A stretch of 43,387 bases of DNA from a virus. Lineage: Duplodnaviria > Caudoviricetes. Shown here in pieces: positions 26,936 through 34,708 of this stretch (position 1 is the first letter of the stretch; each line of letters opens with the position of its first letter). The DNA is taken from positions 1-43,387 of the IMG/VR virus record IMGVR_UViG_3300010052_000188; one strand, 5' to 3'. The notes under the pieces are model-generated. The model saw only the letters and a program-made list of their open reading frames with translations. It had not been told where the DNA came from and made no database searches. The translations under genes and the position numbers were made by a program.

Positions 26936-27859
26936 ATGACCACGAATAACACTCCGGCAAAGGGCCTGGCAATCGCCGTCGGCACCTTCGCATCCATCGG
27001 CGCCATGGCAATCCTGCTCTGGGAGCCGATGCACACTGGGAACTGGACGCTCGATCACGCACTCGTTCCCCTCGTCGTCGGTCTCACGATCGCGGCGGGT
27101 CATCTGGCCAAGGTGGCGGGCTTCCGCCGCTTCGGCGCCGCAGCAGGCTTCTCGATCGCCTTCCTGCTCGGCACAGCGTTCACGCTCTACTCGTCGGTAG
27201 GGCGGCAGGCCGAGACGGCCGAGGGCCATGCGCTCTCTGTCGAGCAGGCAAATAAGCTCTACGACGATGCGGAACGCATGAAGGGAGAAGCCGAAGTGAC
27301 GGTGAAAGACCTCCGGGCCAAGGCTGCCAAAGAATGCGCGTCCGGCAAGGGCAAGCGTTGCGACGGAACGACCTACTCGATCACCACCTACGAGGCGGCG
27401 ATCCGTGGCTACGAACAGACGATGCGGGATCATCCCCGCCAGTCTACCGCCACCAAGGCCAGTCAAGCGGCTGAAGTTGCGGCGCTCGCAGGGTTCTCGA
27501 AGGCGGCCGCTGAGGCATTCTTCAAGGTCTTCGAGCGGTTTGCCCTGGCGCTCATGTTCGAATGGACGGCGATCGTCGCATTCGGATACGGGTTCCAGCA
27601 CCGCGCCATAACGGAGACGACGCCGAGCAAGGACCTGGACGCAGAAGCTGAAAAGCTGAGGCGCTATCTCGCCAATGACCCTGGCCCGCCGTTGCCACCT
27701 ACCCGGGCAATCGTGCCGGACCTCAAGGGCGAGAACATCGTGCCCTGGGCTCAGGCGTTCGAGGCGAAGCACGGGCGCAAACCCCGTCTGGACGAGGCGC
27801 TTGCTGCCTACCCTGATGTGGCACGCACCACCTGTTGGCGCCGGCTTAAAGCGGCGTAA
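26936..27859 (+). CDS. 4-TM protein with Cys-tipped coiled coil and C-terminal HTH-like domain
   Basis: AAGGA RBS; three N-terminal TMs; KECASGKGKRC; fourth TM; VARTTCWRRL. Confidence 0.75.
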   Translation: MTTNNTPAKGLAIAVGTFASIGAMAILLWEPMHTGNWTLDHALVPLVVGLTIAAGHLAKVAGFRRFGAAAGFSIAFLLGTAFTLYSSVGRQAETAEGHALSVEQANKLYDDAERMKGEAEVTVKDLRAKAAKECASGKGKRCDGTTYSITTYEAAIRGYEQTMRDHPRQSTATKASQAAEVAALAGFSKAAAEAFFKVFERFALALMFEWTAIVAFGYGFQHRAITETTPSKDLDAEAEKLRRYLANDPGPPLPPTRAIVPDLKGENIVPWAQAFEAKHGRKPRLDEALAAYPDVARTTCWRRLKAA

Positions 27860-27864
27860 CCTAC

Positions 27865-27899
27865 AGACCCCCGGGGCTCTCAGGCTTCGGGGGTTTTTT
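27865..27899 (+). terminator. Rho-independent terminator
   Basis: ACCCCCGGGGC-tctcag-GCTTCGGGGGT followed by a T run. Confidence 0.8.
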
Positions 27900-28107
27900 C
27901 TTGCCATTGCCTGCGCTCGCTAACGGGAGCCCCTTCGAACTTTCGCTGGTTCCCGCACCCTCGGCATGAGCAGCGCTGCGGCGTCTCGCAGAACTTGACC
28001 CACCCGGTTACGCAGGCGCGGCCAACCCAGGTCTTCGACTTCGCGCGCCGGACTGCCCTGGCGCGGCTCTTAGCCTTCTCGTGACGACGGAATGCTCGTC
28101 CTCGCAT
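27880..28107 (-). CDS. Small basic Cys-motif protein
   Basis: GGAGG RBS; TPQRCSCRGCGNQRK. Confidence 0.6.
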   Translation of the reverse strand: MRGRAFRRHEKAKSRARAVRRAKSKTWVGRACVTGWVKFCETPQRCSCRGCGNQRKFEGAPVSERRQWQEKTPEA

Positions 28108-28191
28108 ATGTTGTGCCTCCATGATCGGCGCGGGCGCTACCCGCTCGCGCATGAAGGCTGTGTTCCATTCCATACCGATACCCTTTGAGTT

Positions 28192-28752
28192 TCACGCTGC
28201 CGACAGGTCTTCCAACGCCATCGTCAACCGCATTCCACCAAACGACGCCTCGGCCCGGCCGCCGACGATCTGTTCCACCGGAGTGTTCGCAACGTTGATC
28301 CCCAGATGAGGGATTTCAATCCGGTCTCCCACCTTGATCTTGCTGCCCTGCCGGATCTGACGCTTCGACCTGTCCGTTCGCCTGGCGCGCTTCATCGCGA
28401 TCTCGGCTTCCCGCACCTTCACCTGTTCGATGGCCGCGTTCGAGATCGGCGCCGGTTCGTCCTCGAACGTCCCGCAGCGCATCAGAACGTCTTGCGCCCC
28501 GTGCTCGGCCAACCCTGCAACGACGCGCAGAGGGTCACGGCACCGCACGAACACATACCTAGGCGTCAGCGTGCGCAGCCTCTCGATCGGGTGCCGCTTC
28601 ATCTTCAGCCACACGTGGTAGCGCTCCACCGGGCAGTATGCGTCCGCCACGCTCAGCTCGCGCCGTAGGGCCTCGTCCTCCCGGAGCAGGGAGACCAGCG
28701 CCATCTCGTGCCTTGGAGCCGTTGTCAGGGCGTACCAGTCTGCGCCGTTCAT
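28192..28752 (-). CDS. NusG-family transcription antiterminator (NGN+KOW)
   Basis: WYAL.T.P.HE...AYCP...L.PRYVFV...PAPIS...I..V and KVGDRIEI KOW; occupies the Q position. Confidence 0.85.
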   Translation of the reverse strand: MNGADWYALTTAPRHEMALVSLLREDEALRRELSVADAYCPVERYHVWLKMKRHPIERLRTLTPRYVFVRCRDPLRVVAGLAEHGAQDVLMRCGTFEDEPAPISNAAIEQVKVREAEIAMKRARRTDRSKRQIRQGSKIKVGDRIEIPHLGINVANTPVEQIVGGRAEASFGGMRLTMALEDLSAA

Positions 28753-28872
28753 TCTCGACAATCCTCAAAACCGTACGCAGAGACATGGTGGATATTCTGC
28801 ACTTCTCGTGGCCGAGGGCGTCGGCCAGTGAAAGCGCGCGGATAATTTCGTGCTCGTGATAGGGACGGTCTT

Positions 28873-29109
28873 TCATGGGGCGGTCCTCGGGTCCTTGCCG
28901 GTGACGATCAGACCTTCGGCCCACTTGAGCAGGATCAGTGTTTCGCCAGCGTTCGACGTACCCGACAGCCAGAGTGTGCCGTCTGGGTTCTCTCCGATAA
29001 TCGCGAGCTTGGCGAACTCCTGCCCCTTTGCAGCGTCGAGCAGCTTGTCGGCTTCGAAGCGGAAATTCTCGCCCACCTCGACGAGCTTCAATTCGACCAC
29101 GTTGCTCAT
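28873..29109 (-). CDS. Hypothetical protein
   Basis: MSNVVEL start; ATGA coupling. Confidence 0.65.
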   Translation of the reverse strand: MSNVVELKLVEVGENFRFEADKLLDAAKGQEFAKLAIIGENPDGTLWLSGTSNAGETLILLKWAEGLIVTGKDPRTAP

Positions 29110-29252
29110 CCTGGGCTCCGTTTCGCTACGCGCACGCGCTTGGATTTCTTCTGCGCAATCTTCGCGCTCGCGTTCCTCCCGTATGAGGGGATCGAGGAGA
29201 GCTTCCCGTCTTTGACGCGGTAGCCCTTGAGGGTGATCTTGTGGCCGGTCAT
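29106..29252 (-). CDS. 48-aa basic protein
   Basis: ATGA coupling at both ends. Confidence 0.55.
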   Translation of the reverse strand: MTGHKITLKGYRVKDGKLSSIPSYGRNASAKIAQKKSKRVRVAKRSPG

Positions 29253-29764
29253 ACCGCGACCGCCTTCCCGGCATACTTCGACCCGTGCTTGTCGAGCCGA
29301 TGCTTCCCGCGCCATTCAGGGATGTCCGCCGATTTCGATCGAACAGGAACGCCCTGCCAGACTTTCGCGTGGTGCCCTGGGCAATAGCTCGAGCCCGCCA
29401 TTTTCTTGCAGCCGCAGTACCCGCTATCTGCTGCACGAGGATCGCCGTAGAAGTATCGGCATTGGTGGTCTTCCATGTCTGCGAGCTTGAACAGCTTGGC
29501 CGGGCGCGACGGCTCGGGAGGGAGCGGTTCCCGGGCGAACGTCGGCGCGAACACACGGCCATCCGTGCGAATTTTCTTGGCCCTCGCGCGCTTCCTGTAT
29601 TTCATCCTCTGCGTCGTAACGCGCCCGGAAAGGCCGAGGCGGTGCACCTTGCCGATGACCGCGTTCCTGGTCACGCCGCCAAGCTGTTTGGCCAATACGC
29701 TGCAGCTCAGCCCCTCGGACCAAAGCTTCTTCAAGAGATCGACCCGTTCCTCGTTCCACGCCAT
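29249..29764 (-). CDS. gcrA: GcrA cell-cycle regulator homologue
   Basis: W.EERV..LKKLW.EGLS.S..A..LGGVTRNAVIGKVHRLGLSGR; C-terminal CR...GDP....YCG.....GSSYC..H. Confidence 0.92.
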   Translation of the reverse strand: MAWNEERVDLLKKLWSEGLSCSVLAKQLGGVTRNAVIGKVHRLGLSGRVTTQRMKYRKRARAKKIRTDGRVFAPTFAREPLPPEPSRPAKLFKLADMEDHQCRYFYGDPRAADSGYCGCKKMAGSSYCPGHHAKVWQGVPVRSKSADIPEWRGKHRLDKHGSKYAGKAVAV

Positions 29765-29769
29765 GTTGT

Positions 29770-30396
29770 TCAGCCCCCGCCGATAGAGTCAGTTCCAACA
29801 ACACGCAGGTCCGGCTTAGCGCCGGCCGCAAGCGATACGCGACGCTTGATGAAGGTGATGACGTGCCCGGTTCCCTTTGAGCAGTTGCAGCTCCGGCAGG
29901 CAGGCACATAGTTGGCGATGTTGTCAGGTCCACCGCTATCGCGCGGGACGATGTGCTCGATCGTGAAGGCTTCCGTGGAACCGGTACCCTGCTCGAGCAC
30001 GCAGTCGCAGTAAGCGCAGCGGCCGCCCGTCAGCGCTAGGACTGCTGAACGAACTGCAGGATCATTGATAGCATGCACGGTTGACGCAGTTCGGTGACGG
30101 AGATGATCGACGTAAACATCCTCGAGATCTCCAATCCCATCAGTCAGCAACTCGCGAGAGTCCCGAATCGTAGCTTGGTGGTTGGATAACGCGTCCTCAA
30201 TGTCCTCTACGCACCTCACGATCTGCTTGACCGGCTCCGCGATGTGCTGACAATCGGCTGTGTTTACCAACCAGCGAAGGTTGGTCCGCAGCGTCACTAC
30301 ACTCGCGCAGATTTCTTCGTTCGACGTCCGGTGCCATCTCTCAATGGAGAAGATGTCGCTGTAAGCCTTGTTCTTGCGTGTCGAAAATTCGTTCAT
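29770..30396 (-). CDS. HNH endonuclease with N-terminal helical domain
   Basis: CAYC...TIEHIVPR..GG.D.I.N.VPAC.SCN.SKG. Confidence 0.85.
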   Translation of the reverse strand: MNEFSTRKNKAYSDIFSIERWHRTSNEEICASVVTLRTNLRWLVNTADCQHIAEPVKQIVRCVEDIEDALSNHQATIRDSRELLTDGIGDLEDVYVDHLRHRTASTVHAINDPAVRSAVLALTGGRCAYCDCVLEQGTGSTEAFTIEHIVPRDSGGPDNIANYVPACRSCNCSKGTGHVITFIKRRVSLAAGAKPDLRVVGTDSIGGG

Positions 30397-31148
30397 GCCC
30401 CACCTGCTACGCGCTTCGATTGCTCGGTAAGCCCGGTCTGCTTGACGAACGGCAACGGGCTGTCGTCCTTCGGCCACCTGCTGCCGACGGTCGTGATGGC
30501 ACCGGCGGCCGTCGCGCGCAGCGCTAGGTCGTCACGGCCAAGTTTTCGGAGATGCACGATCCAGTGTTCCCACTGGGGGTCATTCGCGGTGATCGTGTGC
30601 GATGGCAGAGCCCGGCCCTGCACTTCACTTTTCAAATCAGATTTTGAATCTTCGCGCGTTGAAGGTTCTTTTGATGGTTCTAAGTGGTGGTTAGGGTGCA
30701 ATAGCTTTGCACCCCTCCCCCCCTCCGTTGCACCGGTCCCTGTCGCCGGTTGCACCGGTGCAACGCCGAGGGGTGCAACGATTGCACCGGTCGCGTCGGC
30801 TGCCTGTGCATAAGCATCGTCCGGGATCTCGATAAGATCCGCGCTTCCCTCAAGCTTTGCCTTCGCGCTCGCCAGTGCATTAAGCAGCGCAACGTTCAAG
30901 GTGTAGATGGTCGGCGTGGAGCCGCCGCCAGCCTTCACAACGCCGACCAAACCGCAATCCCGGAAGGCCTTCAAAACGTTCTGGACGGTACGCTCGGAGC
31001 ACTGCGCCTGGGCCGCTATCGTTGCGACTGCTGGCCAGACCTTGCTTCCCTCGTCGTTGGCGTGATCGGCAAGCTTCAGCATGACCAGCAGGTGGTTCTG
31101 CGTCGGCCAGCGGATATCCCAAACGATCGACATCAGGCGGATGCTCAT
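30393..31148 (-). CDS. Replication initiator-like wHTH protein
   Basis: MSIRLMS.VW...LLVMLKLADHAND.G..WP.VATIA..AQCSERTVQ..L. Confidence 0.85.
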   Translation of the reverse strand: MSIRLMSIVWDIRWPTQNHLLVMLKLADHANDEGSKVWPAVATIAAQAQCSERTVQNVLKAFRDCGLVGVVKAGGGSTPTIYTLNVALLNALASAKAKLEGSADLIEIPDDAYAQAADATGAIVAPLGVAPVQPATGTGATEGGRGAKLLHPNHHLEPSKEPSTREDSKSDLKSEVQGRALPSHTITANDPQWEHWIVHLRKLGRDDLALRATAAGAITTVGSRWPKDDSPLPFVKQTGLTEQSKRVAGGA

Positions 31149-31302
31149 GGGTGCACCACCGCCTTGAATTCAACGCGAACCGGATCTAGATTCATCATCA
31201 GTCAATAGCTCTCGTACAGCTGTTGATATGTGGCGTACAAATTCGCATTCCCCCGGTGCGTCAGAGGGCGGTTCCTGATCGAGCCGCCCTCCATTTTTTT
31301 GC

Positions 31303-32298
31303 TTAGGCCGCAGCGAGGCCCTGCTCGCGAGCGAGGTCGCAAAGACGAACGTTGCGGGTCTTGGGACCAACGTTGCCGACCGCCTGCACCGTGGCAGGCT
31401 TGGGCGCGGCAGCCGCTTCTTCATCACCCTGGTCGAGACGCGGCTTGTGGCCGAAGAAGGCCATGTAGAACGCCGACGTCGGCAGGAACGTCGCCCCGAG
31501 CGCGATGAAAAACCCGATGAAGATCTGCGTGAACGAGAGCGTCACCGTGTCAGGCGTGAGCGCCTTCTCGCCTTCCGTACCGGTCATCACGAGCCAGATC
31601 TGACCGACGAAATCCGTCTGCGCCTTCACCGGCGAAAAGCCGACCTTGGCCGTCGTCGCGACCTCGGTCTTCTTGTCGAGGATGCGCTGCGTGGCTTCGA
31701 TCTTCTTCGTGAGGTCGGACGCCTGCTCGGCAAGTGCGATGCGCTCCTCGAGGCCGCCCTTCTCCTTCATGCGGGCAAGGCACTTGGGGCCACAGCCGCC
31801 GCGCGCCTTCTCCTGGTCGATCGCCATAGTTGCCGCTTCGACCTGGGCACGCAGGCCGTCAGCGGACACCGTGGCGACCCAGGCGTTCTCCGCCTGCATC
31901 TTGGCCAGGTGCTCGCGCCACATGGCGAGGTTGGTCTGCTCCTGCGCCATGGACGATTGCTGCGCGGTGTACGCGGCGTTCTGCGCCGACGCCTCTACGT
32001 TGGAGCGCTCGCGCATGCCGATCGTGTAGCCGAGGTGCGAGAAGAACTCCAAGCCGACGAAGAAGATGCCGAGCGCCAAGAGCGCGCGCGACGCCGGAAC
32101 GTTGCCTGCCTGGGCGACGAATGCCCGAAAGGGGAAGATGAAGGCGGCCGCGATCGTGACCGTGACGAGCGCGACGGCGTGAAGCCAGCTCATTGACGAG
32201 CCGAACTTGTAGGTCATTGCGACGGAGACCAAGAGGCCAACGGCGCCGACGCCGAGGAAGATCCTCTGAAGCGTCGCAAAGGACGTGTGCGGGTGCAT
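31303..32298 (-). CDS. 4-TM protein with GGCGPKC-tipped coiled coil (DUF4407-like architecture)
   Basis: AGGAGA RBS; three N-terminal TMs; long coiled coil; C-terminal TM. Confidence 0.75.
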   Translation of the reverse strand: MHPHTSFATLQRIFLGVGAVGLLVSVAMTYKFGSSMSWLHAVALVTVTIAAAFIFPFRAFVAQAGNVPASRALLALGIFFVGLEFFSHLGYTIGMRERSNVEASAQNAAYTAQQSSMAQEQTNLAMWREHLAKMQAENAWVATVSADGLRAQVEAATMAIDQEKARGGCGPKCLARMKEKGGLEERIALAEQASDLTKKIEATQRILDKKTEVATTAKVGFSPVKAQTDFVGQIWLVMTGTEGEKALTPDTVTLSFTQIFIGFFIALGATFLPTSAFYMAFFGHKPRLDQGDEEAAAAPKPATVQAVGNVGPKTRNVRLCDLAREQGLAAA

Positions 32299-32364
32299 GG
32301 GTCTTCTCCTATGCGGTGCGGGGGAGATGGGAAAACGCAGACGCAATACGGAGACAAAGGGTGG

Positions 32365-32610
32365 TCAGAGCGTTTCGGAACGTTCGACTGTAAGGTTCGG
32401 CGTCGAGTTGCGGGTGAGCCTGACTTCGATGCGGTCAAGGGTGTTCCAGTCTGGCCCGCGCTCCACGATGTCGTGGAGTTCTTCGAGTTCCTCGAAGTGT
32501 ACAGCGACCTCGACGAGACCGTGCGCAGCGCGGTACCAGAGCGTCGCCGTCCAGCGCTCTGATGGCTTTTTCACGAGCTTGCCTTCAAGAACGATCACGC
32601 TGCCCATCAC
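32365..32610 (-). CDS. Hypothetical phage protein
   Basis: RW.A...YR...G.V.V...FEEL.ELHDIVERGP.W.T...IE. Confidence 0.7.
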   Translation of the reverse strand: MMGSVIVLEGKLVKKPSERWTATLWYRAAHGLVEVAVHFEELEELHDIVERGPDWNTLDRIEVRLTRNSTPNLTVERSETL

Positions 32611-32928
32611 CTAACCTCGGATAAAGATCCGGCTAATGATGCGGGTCTTGGTGTCGTCGTCAGGGAAACCCAACGTCGCGCCAGGTCCGAAATACTTCTG
32701 AGGCGGCGGGCTCTGATCTGCTTGCGACAGGTCCGCATCGTGTCGGACTTGCTGCACAAGCTCGGGGATGGGAGGCGGAAGCACCTGATTATCCAAGCGC
32801 CCAAGCTTCTCAATCGAGACCTCGAGGCGGCGAATGATGAAGCCAACCTGATTGGCGTCGCTGACTGAGACGCGCAGCGCGCCGATAGCCTGCTGCATCG
32901 CGTCGATGGCGTATTGCGTCGCGGTCAT
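32611..32928 (-). CDS. Hypothetical protein
   Basis: GGAGA RBS before MTATQY. Confidence 0.6.
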   Translation of the reverse strand: MTATQYAIDAMQQAIGALRVSVSDANQVGFIIRRLEVSIEKLGRLDNQVLPPPIPELVQQVRHDADLSQADQSPPPQKYFGPGATLGFPDDDTKTRIISRIFIRG

Positions 32929-33275
32929 CACTCGTTCTCCATGTTGGTTGCGGCGGGAGCTGAAGGGCGAACTCCTACCCCCGCCGCGGTCCCGACGTGA
33001 GCCGCGGACTGGCACACCTCGGAAAGGGTTTCGTTCAGTTCCAAGCCGAAGCACTGGATGGCGATGAAGGGCGTCCGGATTCCATGCCGGTTCCGAGCCC
33101 ATTCCGCCAAAATCTCTCGTGGTAGCGGCGCGCGAGTCTGCATCGTGAAATTCCTCACGGTTTCAACGCTGGAACTGAAATGGAACGCGGGTACTAGGGT
33201 GGGGGGAAATTGTGAGTTGCTGGTGCAGCTTTGTTCGCCAAGCGTTCGCCGTGTATCCCCCGCAGATGGCGCGCC

Positions 33276-33313
33276 CGTAACTTGACGTTATCGTAACTCT
33301 TGGTTACGGTCAA
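33276..33313. promoter_or_regulatory. Left operator pair (CGTAAC-N5-GTTATC, CGTAAC-N5-GTTACG) over divergent promoters
   Basis: Sites 33276-92 and 33292-308; leftward TTGACC-17-TAACGT; rightward TTGACG-17-TACGGT. Confidence 0.8.
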
Positions 33314-33375
33314 CATCGAGGCAGGGAGAATACTAGTTCCGTGCACTGGTCCGCGTCGTCGCTAAAGATCGGCGC

Positions 33376-33672
33376 ATGGCAGCGAAACGACCAGGAACGT
33401 CAAGGTACAAGGCGATCATGAAGACGTTCGCAGAACGACTGAGAACTGCCCGTGAGGATGCTGGGTATAAGTCCGCAGCAGCGCTAGCTGGTGTGCTCGG
33501 GATGGAAGAGGCGACGTACCGAAAGTACGAGCGCGGCCACAGCGAGCCTAATTACGAGACGCTGGTTCGCATCTGCGAACTACTCGACATCACGCCCAAC
33601 CATTTGCTGCCCATGGCGCATAGCAAGTCTAAAAAGAGCGACGGAGGCTCAAACCCTCGGGCCGTCGCATAA
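33376..33672 (+). CDS. XRE HTH repressor (CI-like, no S24 peptidase domain)
   Basis: FAERLR.ARE.AGY.S...LA..LG....TYRKYERG.SEP....L.RICELL.ITPN.LL. Confidence 0.88.
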   Translation: MAAKRPGTSRYKAIMKTFAERLRTAREDAGYKSAAALAGVLGMEEATYRKYERGHSEPNYETLVRICELLDITPNHLLPMAHSKSKKSDGGSNPRAVA

Positions 33673-33752
33673 CATCAGTGCACACCTTAATATTCATTAA
33701 GGTTATGAAAATCATAATGAAAGCAAAATTACATAGGTCAAACGACTGAGGG

Positions 33753-34382
33753 CTACCGGCTTGTGGACCAAAGCCACGCGATGTTCAGCGCAAGAATGAA
33801 CGCGCCGAGCCGAGCCCACCACCAGAATTCCGAACGCGCGTGGTTGTACCGCGCCTCCGCTTCTTCAAACGCTTTGATCCGAACAGCAACCCGCTTGGCG
33901 AAATTGGGGAGTCGATCCCCGGCCTCCTCTTCAATATCGAGTAGCTTGTCTTCTATCAGATCGACCTTCCGACGTGCGGCACCCGCGTCCTCGACAGCAC
34001 CGGCAATGTCGACGTGATCACGCTCTAATGTCTGCGCCAGATCATTGATGCGCTGCTCTAGCTTTTCGAGTGTTGGCGGCCCGTAGCGGTGGGCCGGGAG
34101 CAGGCTGCGGAACAACTCCGCAGATCCCTCGCTCTGAGGTGTTTTGATCGCGAGCGGCAGAAACTCGTTGGGCTCTACGTTTAAGGCTTCGCATAGCCTG
34201 AGCAGTTGGTTGAGATCTGGCATGTGCTCGCCCCGCTCCCAATGGCGATACCGATGGCCGGCCACACCGAGATGTTCCGCGAACGCTTCGCCGGTTTGAA
34301 ACCCGGCCTCTTCCCGCGCCATGCGCAAGCGCGTTGCAAACGCGTGCCGAACCTGTTCGTCAAATTCGCTTTGAGCGTCCAT
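33753..34382 (-). CDS. XRE HTH + coiled coil + C-terminal TM protein
   Basis: FATRLR.AREEAG...FAE.LGV...RYR.WERGE..P....L.RLCE.L.V.PN.FL; TM WWWARLGAFILALNIAWLW. Confidence 0.85.
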   Translation of the reverse strand: MDAQSEFDEQVRHAFATRLRMAREEAGFQTGEAFAEHLGVAGHRYRHWERGEHMPDLNQLLRLCEALNVEPNEFLPLAIKTPQSEGSAELFRSLLPAHRYGPPTLEKLEQRINDLAQTLERDHVDIAGAVEDAGAARRKVDLIEDKLLDIEEEAGDRLPNFAKRVAVRIKAFEEAEARYNHARSEFWWWARLGAFILALNIAWLWSTSR

Positions 34383-34465
34383 CGCATCCCCCACGACACC
34401 CCTATCGTCAGCATAGGTTCGATACCGCCGAGAGTCCAATGCGGGCCGCGAGTTGCCGGGGGCAG

Positions 34466-34580
34466 CGTAACGACACGTCACGTTGGACCAATTCCAGCTA
34501 TCCACAGCGCATGAAAACATGGCCGTAACTTTTCGTTACGATTTTTGTTGACGCGCCTATGAGCGTAACTTACGGTTACG
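34466..34580. promoter_or_regulatory. Right operators and rightward early promoter
   Basis: CGTAAC-gacac-GTCACG 34466-82; CGTAAC-ttttc-GTTACG 34524-40; CGTAAC-ttacg-GTTACG 34564-80; TTGACG(34548)-17-TACGGT. Confidence 0.8.
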
Positions 34581-34708
34581 ACATCACCGGGGGCGCTTGG
34601 TACTGCCCAGTCTCCTAAGCGCTGGTGATCCCGGCGGGCGCGCTTCCTCCTCAGCGCTTTCCCCAAGGCCCGCCGGGGCACGCAATTCGAGAGGACAGAG
34701 GGTTCAAT

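Noticed and set aside
32928-33158. Cro/CII gene
   Set aside because: The position fits, but no recognisable HTH; coding status uncertain
33687-33700. Canonical CtrA box
   Set aside because: TTAA-N6-TTAA rather than N7; kept only as an unexplained palindrome
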